Shown here: positions 1-8,061 of the stretch, piece by piece
How positions within the stretch are numbered: position 1 is the first letter of the stretch
How the letters are laid out: each line of letters opens with the position of its first letter
Source of the DNA: Candidatus Methanophagaceae archaeon
GTDB lineage: Archaea; Halobacteriota; Syntropharchaeia; Alkanophagales; Methanospirareceae
Reading direction: 5' to 3'
Length of the DNA stretch: 32,000 nt
Assembly: GCA_003194425.1 (NCBI GenBank)
Contig: PQXB01000001.1
Location: forward strand, 340,444 to 372,443
Notes under the pieces: model-generated
The model's input: the letters and a program-made list of their open reading frames with translations, nothing else
Told to the model about the DNA's origin: nothing
Database searches by the model: none
Position numbers and translations under genes: made by a program

Positions 1-598
1 CCTGCTGCCGAATTTCAGAGACCGCGTTCTCTGCCGCAGTCAGCGCCGACAACTGGTCTTTCGCGAGAATGAAGAAGTTTCCACCTGCAACGCCTGCTTT
101 CGCACCCAAGTTCTTCTCAACCACGAACTCGCCGCCCATTATCGGGACCCTCGCCACTGCTCTGCCCCCGAGTTCTTCTTCCGTCTCGAAGCCGTCGCCG
201 AAGAACTTCAGTTTGAAGCCCGTGTTGAACTCCTTCTCGCTCTCCTCCTTCGTGAGCCCGTTGAAGACCGCGGTCGTGGGGCAGGTGAGCACGCACTGCC
301 CGATTCTCGCAAGTAACTGCTCGTCCAACGCCTTGTAGCCGAAAGTGCAGAACATCACATAAACGCCCGGTCTGCCGTCCGGCGTCTCTTCAGGCGACGC
401 GATTCTGTCGATCCCTGCCTCCGCAGGGCACATTATTACCGAAGTCCCGAAGCCCGTCGCTTCCCTCGCCGCTTCCAACGCCCACCGCTCGTTCACCGCA
501 GTCACCAACACCCGCGCAACTTTTATCGGAAACGCCTCCGCAAAAGTATCTTCTATTTCTACGCCTTCTCCAGCTCCTTCAAATCCTTCCAATTTCAT
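1..598 (-). CDS. ftr: formylmethanofuran--tetrahydromethanopterin N-formyltransferase (Ftr), 5' part only; gene continues past window start
   Basis: Absent from the ORF track because it runs off the window. My translation of the minus strand from ATG (598-596) gives MKLEGFEGAGEGVEIEDTFAEAFPIKVARVLVTAVNERWALEAAREATGFGTSVIMCPAEAGIDRIASPEETPDGRPGVYVMF...LLARIGQCVLTCPTTAVFNGL...GFKLKFFGDGFE...AGGNFFILA. This matches Ftr family blocks as I recall them from Archaeoglobus and Methanopyrus. A GAGGTGA SD-like motif (615-609, minus) lies 10 nt before the ATG. Confidence 0.9.
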   Translation of the reverse strand, partial: MKLEGFEGAGEGVEIEDTFAEAFPIKVARVLVTAVNERWALEAAREATGFGTSVIMCPAEAGIDRIASPEETPDGRPGVYVMFCTFGYKALDEQLLARIGQCVLTCPTTAVFNGLTKEESEKEFNTGFKLKFFGDGFETEEELGGRAVARVPIMGGEFVVEKNLGAKAGVAGGNFFILAKDQLSALTAAENAVSEIRQQ

Positions 599-668
599 CT
601 TCTTTCTCTCACCTCAACTAAAAAATAACGACAAATTAATAAAGTTCCTAAACCCACTCCGACTACCT

Positions 669-731
669 CCAACTACCTAAACCAACTCCAACTACCTAAA
701 CCAACTCCAATTCCAACTACCTAAACCAACT
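669..731. repeat. 19-nt unit CCAACTACCTAAACCAACT x3 (669-687, 688-706, 713-731; 6-nt spacer before copy 3)
   Basis: Read directly; the copies are identical. The array lies between the stop of the 741-1061 gene and the ftr start, inside a 108-nt stretch (662-769) with no G on the + strand. Confidence 0.95.
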
Positions 732-740
732 TCAACCACC

Positions 741-1061
741 TTAACCCACTTCAACCCCTTCTCCTTCTCGCCCTCTTCCCGCACCCGACTTCTTCCCGCC
801 GGCAGTCCCAGCAGGCAACCGCTTCATCTCCGGCGGCACCTTCACCCTCAACACATTCGTAGAGCGAACGTGGTAAACCGGGTCGCCCGTCATCGGGTCG
901 TAGTTCTCGGTCCGAATAATGCTGCTCACAATCGTCTTGAACCGCAGCACCGTCCCGTCCTCCAACTTGTACTCGTTCCAATCCTCTTTCACCGTCTCAA
1001 AGTCCACATCCATCGCTTCTATTTCCTGCCCGTTCGGCAAACGCACTTTCACTTTCCTCAC
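741..1061 (-). CDS. small hypothetical protein (106 aa), GTG start
   Basis: From the ORF track. The sequence is non-repetitive (VRLPNGQEIEAMDVDFETVKEDWNEYKLEDGTVLRFKTIV...) with a G/R/E low-complexity tail. The first codon is GTG (1061-1059). A TATA-like TTTAAATAG about 29 nt upstream would fit a leaderless or short-leader transcript. No family recognised. Confidence 0.55.
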   Translation of the reverse strand: MRKVKVRLPNGQEIEAMDVDFETVKEDWNEYKLEDGTVLRFKTIVSSIIRTENYDPMTGDPVYHVRSTNVLRVKVPPEMKRLPAGTAGGKKSGAGRGREGEGVEVG

Positions 1062-1079
1062 CCTTTTCTTATTTCTACT

Positions 1080-1119
1080 CTAACCTATTTAAACCAAAAC
1101 TAACCTATTTAAACCAAAA
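1080..1119. repeat. 20-nt unit CTAACCTATTTAAACCAAAA x2, each copy carrying a TATA-box-like TATTTAAA; degenerate ACCAAAA-type units continue to ~1156
   Basis: Read directly (1080-1099 equals 1100-1119). It sits in the divergent intergenic region between the 741-1061 (-) and 1184-1600 (+) genes and is part of a 113-nt G-free tract (1044-1156). Confidence 0.9.
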
Positions 1120-1183
1120 ACCAAAATACAAAAACCAAAATAAAAAAACCAAAAAAGGAGAAGAAGAAAAAGAGAAGAACAAA

Positions 1184-1600
1184 ATGGACGCGAAGCTGTT
1201 CTTGGCGGCACTCGCAGTCTGGGGTGCTTTTGCGGTTGCAGGCATTCTGAACGGGGTGTTTAGAGAGTCCTTTCTCGCACCTAAAGTAAGCGAGCACGCA
1301 AGTCACGTTCTCAGCACACTCGTTTTGGTCGGCGTTATTTTTGCAGGGAGTTTTCTGTTCCTTCTCGTCCTCGCTAACTTGGAAATTGACTACAGCAAGG
1401 CGGATTTGGTTCTGGTCGGAGTGGTTTGGGTGGTTTTAACAGTCGTCTTTGAGTTTGGTTTCGGGCATTTTGTGGCAGGCAATTCTTGGAGCACTCTTCT
1501 CACTGACTACAACCTTCTTAACGGGCGGGTTTGGAGTCTCGTGCTGTTAGCCGTCTTCGTCGCACCTTCGTTCTGGGGCTGCATTTTCCAGAAAATATGA
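1184..1600 (+). CDS. small integral membrane protein (138 aa, about 4 TM helices), function unknown
   Basis: From the ORF track, with an ATG start. There are four hydrophobic stretches: LFLAALAVWGAFAVAGIL, VLSTLVLVGVIFAGSFLFLLVL, LVLVGVVWVVLTVVFEFGF and VWSLVLLAVFVAPSFW. The gene ends 13 nt before queC. Confidence 0.6.
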   Translation: MDAKLFLAALAVWGAFAVAGILNGVFRESFLAPKVSEHASHVLSTLVLVGVIFAGSFLFLLVLANLEIDYSKADLVLVGVVWVVLTVVFEFGFGHFVAGNSWSTLLTDYNLLNGRVWSLVLLAVFVAPSFWGCIFQKI

Positions 1601-1612
1601 GAGGGGTTAAAA

Positions 1613-2425
1613 ATGAGAAGAGTAAAGACGAGGACAAAACCAAAACCAAAACAAAAAAACAAAACCGCAGTCTGCGTCTGCTCTGGCGGGGTGGATTCCA
1701 CGGTCGCTGCGACTGTCGCCGCACGCGAAGGCTACGAGTTGCGCCTCTTCCACGCGTCCTACGGGCAGCGGGCGGAACGGCAGGAGAAAGAAGCGGTCGT
1801 GAAAATCGCCGGTTACTTTGGTGTGGGTGCGAAGGATTTAAAATTCGCGGAAATTCCGTTCTTGAAGGAACTCGGTGGCTCGGCACTGACAGACCTCGAG
1901 AGAGAAGTCCCAGTTGGAGAAGAGGTGAAGTTAAATGAAAACGGAGAAACAGGGGGAGAAACAAGAGAAGCAGGAGAAGCAGGAGAAGCAGGAGAAGCAG
2001 GAGAAGCAGGAGAAGCAGGGACAAAGACGCCGTCTACTTGGGTGCCGTGCAGGAACTTGGTTCTTTTGGCAACTGCTTGTGCCTACGCAGAGGTAGTCTC
2101 CGCAGACGCCTTGTTCGTGGGCTTCAACGCCGAAGAGGCAAGGTCGTACCCTGACAACGAGAAGGAGTTCGTTGTGCGGTTCAACGCGGTCTTGGAGAAG
2201 GCGGTGGCTTCTTTTTCGCAGCCGCCGACGGTTAGGGCGCCGCTGGCGGATTTGTTGAAGTCGGGTGTGGTAAAGAAGGGGGTAGAAGTTGGGGCGCCGT
2301 TGCACCTGACTTACTCCTGCTACTTAGGTGGCAAGAAGCACTGCGGGGTCTGCGAGTCCTGCCTTCGTCGGCGGAGAGGGTTTAGAGAAGCTGGTGTAGA
2401 GGACCCGACCGAGTACATTTTTTAG
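1613..2425 (+). CDS. queC: 7-cyano-7-deazaguanine synthase QueC
   Basis: PP-loop motif CVCSGGVDST near the N-terminus. The C-terminal Cys cluster (SCYLGGKKHCGVCESCLRRRRGF) is typical of QueC. ATG start with GAGGGG upstream. The protein carries an in-frame GEA repeat insert and a 17-aa K/T/P-rich N-terminal extension encoded by A/C-rich DNA. Confidence 0.9.
   Translation: MRRVKTRTKPKPKQKNKTAVCVCSGGVDSTVAATVAAREGYELRLFHASYGQRAERQEKEAVVKIAGYFGVGAKDLKFAEIPFLKELGGSALTDLEREVPVGEEVKLNENGETGGETREAGEAGEAGEAGEAGEAGTKTPSTWVPCRNLVLLATACAYAEVVSADALFVGFNAEEARSYPDNEKEFVVRFNAVLEKAVASFSQPPTVRAPLADLLKSGVVKKGVEVGAPLHLTYSCYLGGKKHCGVCESCLRRRRGFREAGVEDPTEYIF
1965..2018. repeat. 9-nt unit GAGAAGCAG x6, in frame inside queC (encodes EAGEAGEAG...)
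   Basis: Read directly; perfect copies at 1965-2018. Confidence 0.95.
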
Positions 2426-4017
2426 TTCAACTCAATCGTCGCAGCGTTTGGGTCCAACCCCTTCCACCTCACCTTAAACCCGAGCTCTGCCAACACCTCG
2501 TCAGGATTTGGCAACCCCAACCCCTCAATTACCCGCCTCGCCTCGGCGTACAACCTTACACCGGCAAGTCTGCCCTCCACCTCATTTAACAACCCCCTTT
2601 TTACCACCACCTCTTTAAACACAACAAAATCCGAGTAACCCGGAGCCTTCAAGCACGCTCTCACCGCCTCCTTACCCACCTTGTACCGCGTAGCAAGATC
2701 CTTGATAAAAATTATTCCGCCCTCGAGACAAATCTCCACACTACTCAAACTTTCCACCTGCCTCCGCGTCTCCTCTGTCTCAATCTTCGCCAAATGCCAA
2801 AGCACCTCGCCGAGAGGGACTTTTCGGGTGTAAAGAATCGTAGGGTGTCCAAGATCCAAATCGAAGTTCAGGAGGTTGAAGCACGCGAGGTTGCTGTTAA
2901 GAGCGACCAAAATGTTAAACGGCAGAGCCCGCAGCTTCGAGAACTTCTTTCTCAGGTAGTCCGCCGTCCAGAACCCCACGATTTCAAAATAAACCTCCAC
3001 TCCCTCCGCCTCTTTGTGCTTGAACTTAAAGTCGGGCAGGAAGACGCCCTTGCCCGTGAAAATCGCATTCGGCTCTCTCACCAACTCCCAACTCTCCGCC
3101 GCCGGCGTTGCTAAAAATTCGTTGTAAAATTTCTCTTCGACGCGGCTGTCAAACACGGGCTGCTCCTTCTTTGTCTCACTCTCTCGGCTCGTCGTCAGCA
3201 AACCCTTGCTCCTGCTGCTGTCCAGGAGAAAATGGTAAATTTGGGGAGTCCTGTCTCGCCTGACGACAACCTCAGCGTCCAGCGCCCACTCGTCGCTGCG
3301 GACTACCGCGGGAAGCAATTTCGCCAACGCCGTGCCGTACCGCTCGCTCAACTTCAGCAGCGACGACGCACCCTCAATCCTTATTTTTATTTTTCCACCA
3401 CTCCCCCCACCTTTCGGCGAGTACATCAAGCCGTTCTTCTTAACCGCCCTGAAAATCTCTTTAAATCCGCTCTTGAACTCGAGTGTCATTCCCGTAGACT
3501 TGAACAACAGCGTTTGAGCAAGCGAAAGGTTGTAGGACCGCAACAACTCCTCAGGCGTTAAACTTGAAGCCGTAAAATCCGCCAAAACAACCTCCGATTC
3601 CAGGTCCGACCACAGAGACCGCTCCAAATCCGCAGCCGAGACGCCTAACCTCGCCGCAACATTTTCAACCACCTCCTCCCTTGCTTCTCGGCTCGTGACT
3701 CTTCCGCTGCTCGCACTGCTCGCCGCCTCGAAGACCGCCCGCCTCGCCAGTACAGGTTCAACCGCAAACTCGGACTTAAAGACGCACCGCCGCTCCAGAA
3801 GCGTTCTCAAGCCCCGGACGAGTTTGAAGTTCAAGCCCTGCTCCTGCTCAAACTCCGCAAATATTTCGTCGATTTCGCTCCTCTTTCTGCCCGCGAAATT
3901 TTTATAAACCGCTCCCACCTCCGCAGCCAACTCCAAACGCTCCGCGTCCAACTTTGCGAAGACTGGATAAATTCGGTCCTTCTTCGTCCTCGTGACTAGC
4001 AGGTCAGCCGGCAACAT
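2422..4017 (-). CDS. bax1: Bax1 (DUF790) nuclease, the XPB-associated endonuclease
   Basis: Lies immediately downstream of, and overlapping, the XPB gene, which is the canonical archaeal xpb-bax1 arrangement. The N-terminus MLPADLLVTRTKKDRIYPVF and the C-terminal block VEVYFEIVGFWTADYLRKKFSKL match DUF790 as I recall it. The ORF track extends to 4053 through a TTG codon (MRGDAKTKTKTK). I prefer the ATG at 4017, which overlaps the xpb stop by 14 nt. Confidence 0.8.
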   Translation of the reverse strand: MLPADLLVTRTKKDRIYPVFAKLDAERLELAAEVGAVYKNFAGRKRSEIDEIFAEFEQEQGLNFKLVRGLRTLLERRCVFKSEFAVEPVLARRAVFEAASSASSGRVTSREAREEVVENVAARLGVSAADLERSLWSDLESEVVLADFTASSLTPEELLRSYNLSLAQTLLFKSTGMTLEFKSGFKEIFRAVKKNGLMYSPKGGGSGGKIKIRIEGASSLLKLSERYGTALAKLLPAVVRSDEWALDAEVVVRRDRTPQIYHFLLDSSRSKGLLTTSRESETKKEQPVFDSRVEEKFYNEFLATPAAESWELVREPNAIFTGKGVFLPDFKFKHKEAEGVEVYFEIVGFWTADYLRKKFSKLRALPFNILVALNSNLACFNLLNFDLDLGHPTILYTRKVPLGEVLWHLAKIETEETRRQVESLSSVEICLEGGIIFIKDLATRYKVGKEAVRACLKAPGYSDFVVFKEVVVKRGLLNEVEGRLAGVRLYAEARRVIEGLGLPNPDEVLAELGFKVRWKGLDPNAATIELN

Positions 4018-5452
4018 TTTTGTCTTGGTTTTTGTTTTTGCGTCTCCTCGCAATTCCCACCTCGGTCGTCCGTTTTGAGACGATTTCGTAGAGAACCGCC
4101 AGCTTCTCTTTTTTCCCCTTCCCCTTTCCCTTCCCTGTCTCCGTCTTCCGCAGAATCCGACCCAGTCGCTGCTTGTATTCCCGCCTGCTCCCGCTCCCGC
4201 TCAAAATAACGCCAACCGACGCCTCTGGAACATCAATTCCCTCCTCCAGAACCTTTGAAGTTACCACCACTTTGTACCTCCCGTCTCGGAACTTCTCCAA
4301 GATTTCCGCACGCTCCTCTTTCGGCGTGGTGTGCGTGATTGCGGGAACGAGGAACTCTCGGGAGATTGCGTAGACCAGAGAATTGTGCTCCGTGAAAATA
4401 ATTATTCGCTCGCCGAAGTGCCGGTCCAGAATTTCGGCAAGAGCCTTCAACTTAGTGCTCGAGTTCAAAGCGATTCTCCTCGCCCGGTTCCTCGCCAGCA
4501 GAGCCTCTCTCGCACCCGCGTCCCGACCGGCTCGCATAACGAGCAGCCTGAAATCCCGGGGCGACCGCAGGACAACGCCCTTCTGCTTCAAGAAATCTGT
4601 GAAAACGGCGTGGTATTTTTCGTACTCCTCCCTCTCTTCCCCCGTCAAATCGGTAACGACCCGCCTCGTCGTGTAGTTTGCCAAATGCCGCCCCGCCAGC
4701 TTTTCTACGCTGATTTCATAAACCTTCCCCCCCACCAGCCTCTCGAGGTCTGCGTGCAGTCCGTCCTCGCGCTCGTAAGTCGCGGTCAAGCCCAGCCTGT
4801 ACGGAGCGACAAACATCTCGGCGATGCTCGCAAACCCCGGCGAAGGCAGGTGGTGAACCTCGTCGAAGACCAAGAAGAGAAACCTGTTCCCCAGCTCCTC
4901 CGCCCTCAAGTACGCGGTCTCGTAGGTCGAGACTGTTAGTGGCTTCAAAATGTGCGCCTCGCCGCTGTAAGTCCCTACCTCAACTTCAGCTCCCTCTCCC
5001 CCTCCCTTTCCCCCTCCCTCTCCCCCTGTCCCCAACCGCCTCTCCAGTTCCCTCTTCCACTGCCGAACCAACTCCAAAGTCGGCACAACTACCAGCGTTG
5101 GAACATTCAGCACCGAAATCGCCTTTATTCCGACCACTGTCTTGCCCGCGCCGGTAGGCAGGACCAACGCACCTCGCCTCGTCTGCAGCCATTTTTTTAA
5201 TGCCTCCTCCTGGTAGTCGTGCAGCCTCAACCCCAACTCACAGCAGCTCAAATCCTGCATCGGCAGCAAGTCCAGAACCTTGTCCTCGTACTCGAGCCCC
5301 GAAAGTTTCAAGTAGCCCACCAAATCCTCGTAAAACATCGCGAGGCACCTGTAGCACCCCAACCGCTCGTCCCACGCAGTGTGCGGCAGTCTGAAATTGC
5401 TGGCTACTACTACCGTCCCCTTCGCAAAGCTCAAACTTATCATTCTCCTCAC
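4004..5452 (-). CDS. xpb: XPB/Rad25-type SF2 DNA helicase
   Basis: Walker A LPTGAGKT, motif II FDEVHHL, the XPB-specific RED motif (TYEREDG), and the C-terminal helicase block VTSKVLEEGIDVPEASVGVILSGSGSRREYKQRLGRILR. The track start at 5452 is GTG, with the first ATG at 5443. Low-complexity inserts are GTGGEGGGKGGGEGAEVEVG and KTETGKGKGKGKKEK. Confidence 0.88.
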   Translation of the reverse strand: MRRMISLSFAKGTVVVASNFRLPHTAWDERLGCYRCLAMFYEDLVGYLKLSGLEYEDKVLDLLPMQDLSCCELGLRLHDYQEEALKKWLQTRRGALVLPTGAGKTVVGIKAISVLNVPTLVVVPTLELVRQWKRELERRLGTGGEGGGKGGGEGAEVEVGTYSGEAHILKPLTVSTYETAYLRAEELGNRFLFLVFDEVHHLPSPGFASIAEMFVAPYRLGLTATYEREDGLHADLERLVGGKVYEISVEKLAGRHLANYTTRRVVTDLTGEEREEYEKYHAVFTDFLKQKGVVLRSPRDFRLLVMRAGRDAGAREALLARNRARRIALNSSTKLKALAEILDRHFGERIIIFTEHNSLVYAISREFLVPAITHTTPKEERAEILEKFRDGRYKVVVTSKVLEEGIDVPEASVGVILSGSGSRREYKQRLGRILRKTETGKGKGKGKKEKLAVLYEIVSKRTTEVGIARRRKNKNQDKNVAG

Positions 5453-6393
5453 TCAATCTTTTTGATATATTTGGAGAAAGTCTCGCTGAAAGTTTTCATC
5501 TGCTCGGCACCCCACTCAACCAAACCCTCTTTCTCCTCCTCGTTCAGCGATTTTAGAATACCTGAGTTTTCTCGATAAATAACAATTCTGCAAGCCCTTC
5601 TTGTCTCTAACTCCTCCCACTCTACTCCTTCAATTTCTAAATCTATTTCGGCTTTGTGGCTCTTCAACTCGTCAAAGATTCTTTTGTTCTCTGTTCCGTT
5701 GCCAGTGTCAATGTACAGCTCAACCGAAAAGCGATTCCTCCTTCTACTTAATGTCCAATTGAAAGACAACCCACTCTTACCAGCACCAAAACTCAGCCAA
5801 TTTTGAGGTAGGGCTTTCACCTTTCTGAACTTGGGATTAATCTCTGAATAAAAATCGACCAATTTAGAAAAAAAATCACGATAAATTTCATCCATCTCAC
5901 TTGTCGTAGTTGAACTTTTTATGTTTCTTTCCCAGTCATTTGGTTTTACAACGACCCGAAAATCAACAGCAGGGTTCGAGTCGTCGATTGAAAATGCGTG
6001 AACTTCTACGCCAAAGAACAAAATATCGGAGAAACAATTTTCATTTAGCCACTTCAGTGCCTTTTTATGCTCGTCTCTCAATTCCTTGGCGACCCAAACA
6101 ACGAACCCCGCGTCAACACCTGCGGAATAAGTTATTAATTGACCGAGGTGGGGGTGGTCGGTTGGTTCTAACTGATTTTCGACAGCAACGATCTTATTGG
6201 AGTTGGCGTCTTTTCCGATTAGGTCTAACCTAAAGCCGCCAATATTCTCTTCGGTTTCCACGTCAATTATTTCAATGCCCAACTTTTCCGAGAGCAAATC
6301 AATGTTCTCCTTGAGCCACGGCGTAAATTCCTTGTCCTCCTTCTCCCAGATTTCCCTCAACTCAACCTCCTTTATTTCGCCTAATTTTTTCAT
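5449..6393 (-). CDS. PD-(D/E)XK-like (NucS/DUF91-type) N-terminal domain plus DUF4268-like C-terminal domain protein
   Basis: The N-terminal core FRLDLIGKDANSNKIVAVENQLEPTDHPHLGQLITY looks like a restriction-endonuclease-fold D...E-x-Q/K motif followed by the GQL(L/I)xY block seen in NucS-type nucleases. The C-terminal half (YRDFFSKLVDFYSEINPKF...WLSFGAGKSGLSFNWTL...VELYIDTG...NKRIFDEL...WEEL) resembles DUF4268 as I recall it. ATG start in an ATGA overlap with the dapB stop, and the stop overlaps the xpb GTG. The gene is markedly AT-richer than its neighbours. Confidence 0.65.
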   Translation of the reverse strand: MKKLGEIKEVELREIWEKEDKEFTPWLKENIDLLSEKLGIEIIDVETEENIGGFRLDLIGKDANSNKIVAVENQLEPTDHPHLGQLITYSAGVDAGFVVWVAKELRDEHKKALKWLNENCFSDILFFGVEVHAFSIDDSNPAVDFRVVVKPNDWERNIKSSTTTSEMDEIYRDFFSKLVDFYSEINPKFRKVKALPQNWLSFGAGKSGLSFNWTLSRRRNRFSVELYIDTGNGTENKRIFDELKSHKAEIDLEIEGVEWEELETRRACRIVIYRENSGILKSLNEEEKEGLVEWGAEQMKTFSETFSKYIKKIE

Positions 6394-7256
6394 ATTTCAG
6401 GTCCAGACTCCAGTTCCGCCATCATTTCCTCCATCGAGTAAATCCTGCACTCTTCTCTCCTGCTCTTCTCCTTACCGCAAATCCACTCAATCGCTTTTAC
6501 CGCGCCCTGAGCGAAAGCTTCTCGGCTGTGTGCGCGGTGCGTAATTTCCAGCCGTTCGCCAGTGCCTGCGAAGAGGACGGTGTGCTCGCCGACGATGTCG
6601 CCTGCTCGGACTGCGTGAACTCCGATTTCCGCGTCGGTCCGCTCGCCAGTTAAGCCGTGCCTGCCGTAGACGAAGGTTGCCGCTCCTCCTGTGGAATCAG
6701 AGAATATTTTGGAGACGATTTCAGCGGCTTTCACCGCAGTCCCGCTTGGAGCGTCCTTCTTCTGCGAGTGGTGCATTTCTACAATCTCGGCGTGGTAGTG
6801 GTACGCCTGAAGCTGCCTCGCCGCTTCGGCAACCAACCTCCAGAAAACATTCACGCCGATTGAGAAGTTAGGCGAGAAAATGGCAGGCACGCGGTCTTTT
6901 ACGGCGTCCTCCATCGTTTTGAACTGCTCTGCCGAGAAGCCTGTTGTGCCGACCACGAGTTTTATTTTGTTCCGAGCAGCGATTTTCACATTCTCAACCC
7001 CCGCCGCTGCGTTCGTGAAATCCACAAGCACCTCCGCCTCGACCGCCCTCAAGACCTTCTCCATCTCGTCCGGGTCTGGACTCGAGACTTTTAGTTTTGC
7101 TCCCGGTGCAACCTCTTCGCCAACGCCGTTCAAGTCAAAGCCCGCGACCAACTCCAAGTCCAAATTCCCGCCACCTCTCGCTGCCTCTAAAATGCTCTTC
7201 ACGACCTGACCGCCCATTCTTCCCCTCGCTCCCGCGACCGCTACTTTTATTGTCAT
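6390..7256 (-). CDS. dapB: 4-hydroxy-tetrahydrodipicolinate reductase DapB
   Basis: N-terminal Rossmann motif KVAVAGARGRMGG. The blocks SPNFSIGVN, EIVEMHHSQKKDAPSGTA and THRAHSREAFAQGAVKA are typical DapB. Confidence 0.92.
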   Translation of the reverse strand: MTIKVAVAGARGRMGGQVVKSILEAARGGGNLDLELVAGFDLNGVGEEVAPGAKLKVSSPDPDEMEKVLRAVEAEVLVDFTNAAAGVENVKIAARNKIKLVVGTTGFSAEQFKTMEDAVKDRVPAIFSPNFSIGVNVFWRLVAEAARQLQAYHYHAEIVEMHHSQKKDAPSGTAVKAAEIVSKIFSDSTGGAATFVYGRHGLTGERTDAEIGVHAVRAGDIVGEHTVLFAGTGERLEITHRAHSREAFAQGAVKAIEWICGKEKSRREECRIYSMEEMMAELESGPEI

Positions 7257-7431
7257 AAATTATAAAATCTCCTCTACGGTCTTAAGTTCAATCTCCAGCC
7301 CGTCCTGTAGTCGAGCCCTGTCGAGCCCTTGCCGTCTCTTCGTTTGCACCTTTACCGAAGCTAAAAGCAACAACGACCCCTCTTTTCCGTCCCGCCCGTC
7401 TCAACGCGGTGGCACTCTCAGCCACTCAACT

Positions 7432-8061
7432 TCAAGTGGTAGTTTTCACTAAAGCCTCCACCGCAAAAAGAACTTTTTCAGCGACTTTGTGGGGTTCTTC
7501 TGCCCCGTTTAGCCGCACCAAACTCAAAGGAAGGTCGTTAAAAAGTCGCTCGTAAACCCCCTCAATTTTCTCGAGGAACTCGGTGTTGCTCTCAAATCTG
7601 TCGTTCGCTCGGTCGTTTGTCCTGTTCTGCTCCCCTTTCCTGCGGTACGCGGTCTCAACTGGCACTTCAAGATAAAAGACGAGGCTGGGTGTAGTCAGAT
7701 TTAACAATTTTACCACCTCCTTCGCCGCCTCGTAGTCAAACCCGCTCGCAGACTGGTAGGCAAGGGTAGACAAGAAATACCTGTCCAAAATAACGACCCA
7801 GCCGTCTTGAAGCAGTCCCCTCACCCGCCCTTGGTCTTTAACAATGTCCAGCAAGAAGAGCAGGAACTGCTCCTCCGCGCTCAACTCAACCTCCCTTTCG
7901 AGAAACGCTTTTATTCGCTTTCCGTACTCAGACCCGTAGTCAGGGTACGAAAAAACAGCGACCTTGAACCCCCGCTGCAGTAACGCGTCCTTGAGAAGTC
8001 TTGACTGCGTTCGTTTTCCCGAGCCGTCAACACCCTCAAAATTAATCAACACTCCCTTCAT
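7432..8061 (-). CDS. tmk: thymidylate kinase
   Basis: P-loop FEGVDGSGKRTQ, a DRY motif (LDRYFLSTLAYQ), and length and layout typical of Tmk. Confidence 0.9.
   Translation of the reverse strand: MKGVLINFEGVDGSGKRTQSRLLKDALLQRGFKVAVFSYPDYGSEYGKRIKAFLEREVELSAEEQFLLFLLDIVKDQGRVRGLLQDGWVVILDRYFLSTLAYQSASGFDYEAAKEVVKLLNLTTPSLVFYLEVPVETAYRRKGEQNRTNDRANDRFESNTEFLEKIEGVYERLFNDLPLSLVRLNGAEEPHKVAEKVLFAVEALVKTTT

Noticed and set aside
69-338. 89-aa plus-strand ORF at the window start
   Set aside because: Antisense to the clearly recognisable ftr coding sequence. The product is S/P-rich low complexity.
1518-2024. 168-aa minus-strand ORF starting with poly-Leu
   Set aside because: The poly-Leu is simply the antisense reading of the queC GAGAAGCAG array. 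It overlaps queC and the upstream membrane-protein gene.
4018-4053. TTG- and GTG-extended N-termini in the ORF track (bax1 to 4053, cbiZ fusion to 9446, permease from 14775, ATPase from 28549)
   Set aside because: In each case an ATG a few codons downstream gives an N-terminus that matches the family start or a signal peptide. The extension is low-complexity or overlaps the neighbouring gene. I kept them only as alternative starts.
7257-7431. 175-nt GC-rich spacer upstream of dapB considered as a riboswitch or small RNA
   Set aside because: I find only a 5-bp hairpin just after the tmk stop (GTGGC 7409-7413 / GCCAC 7421-7425) and a 10-nt tandem duplication (7311-7330). I recognise no C/D-box, H/ACA or lysine-riboswitch features. 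There is not enough evidence to call an RNA gene.
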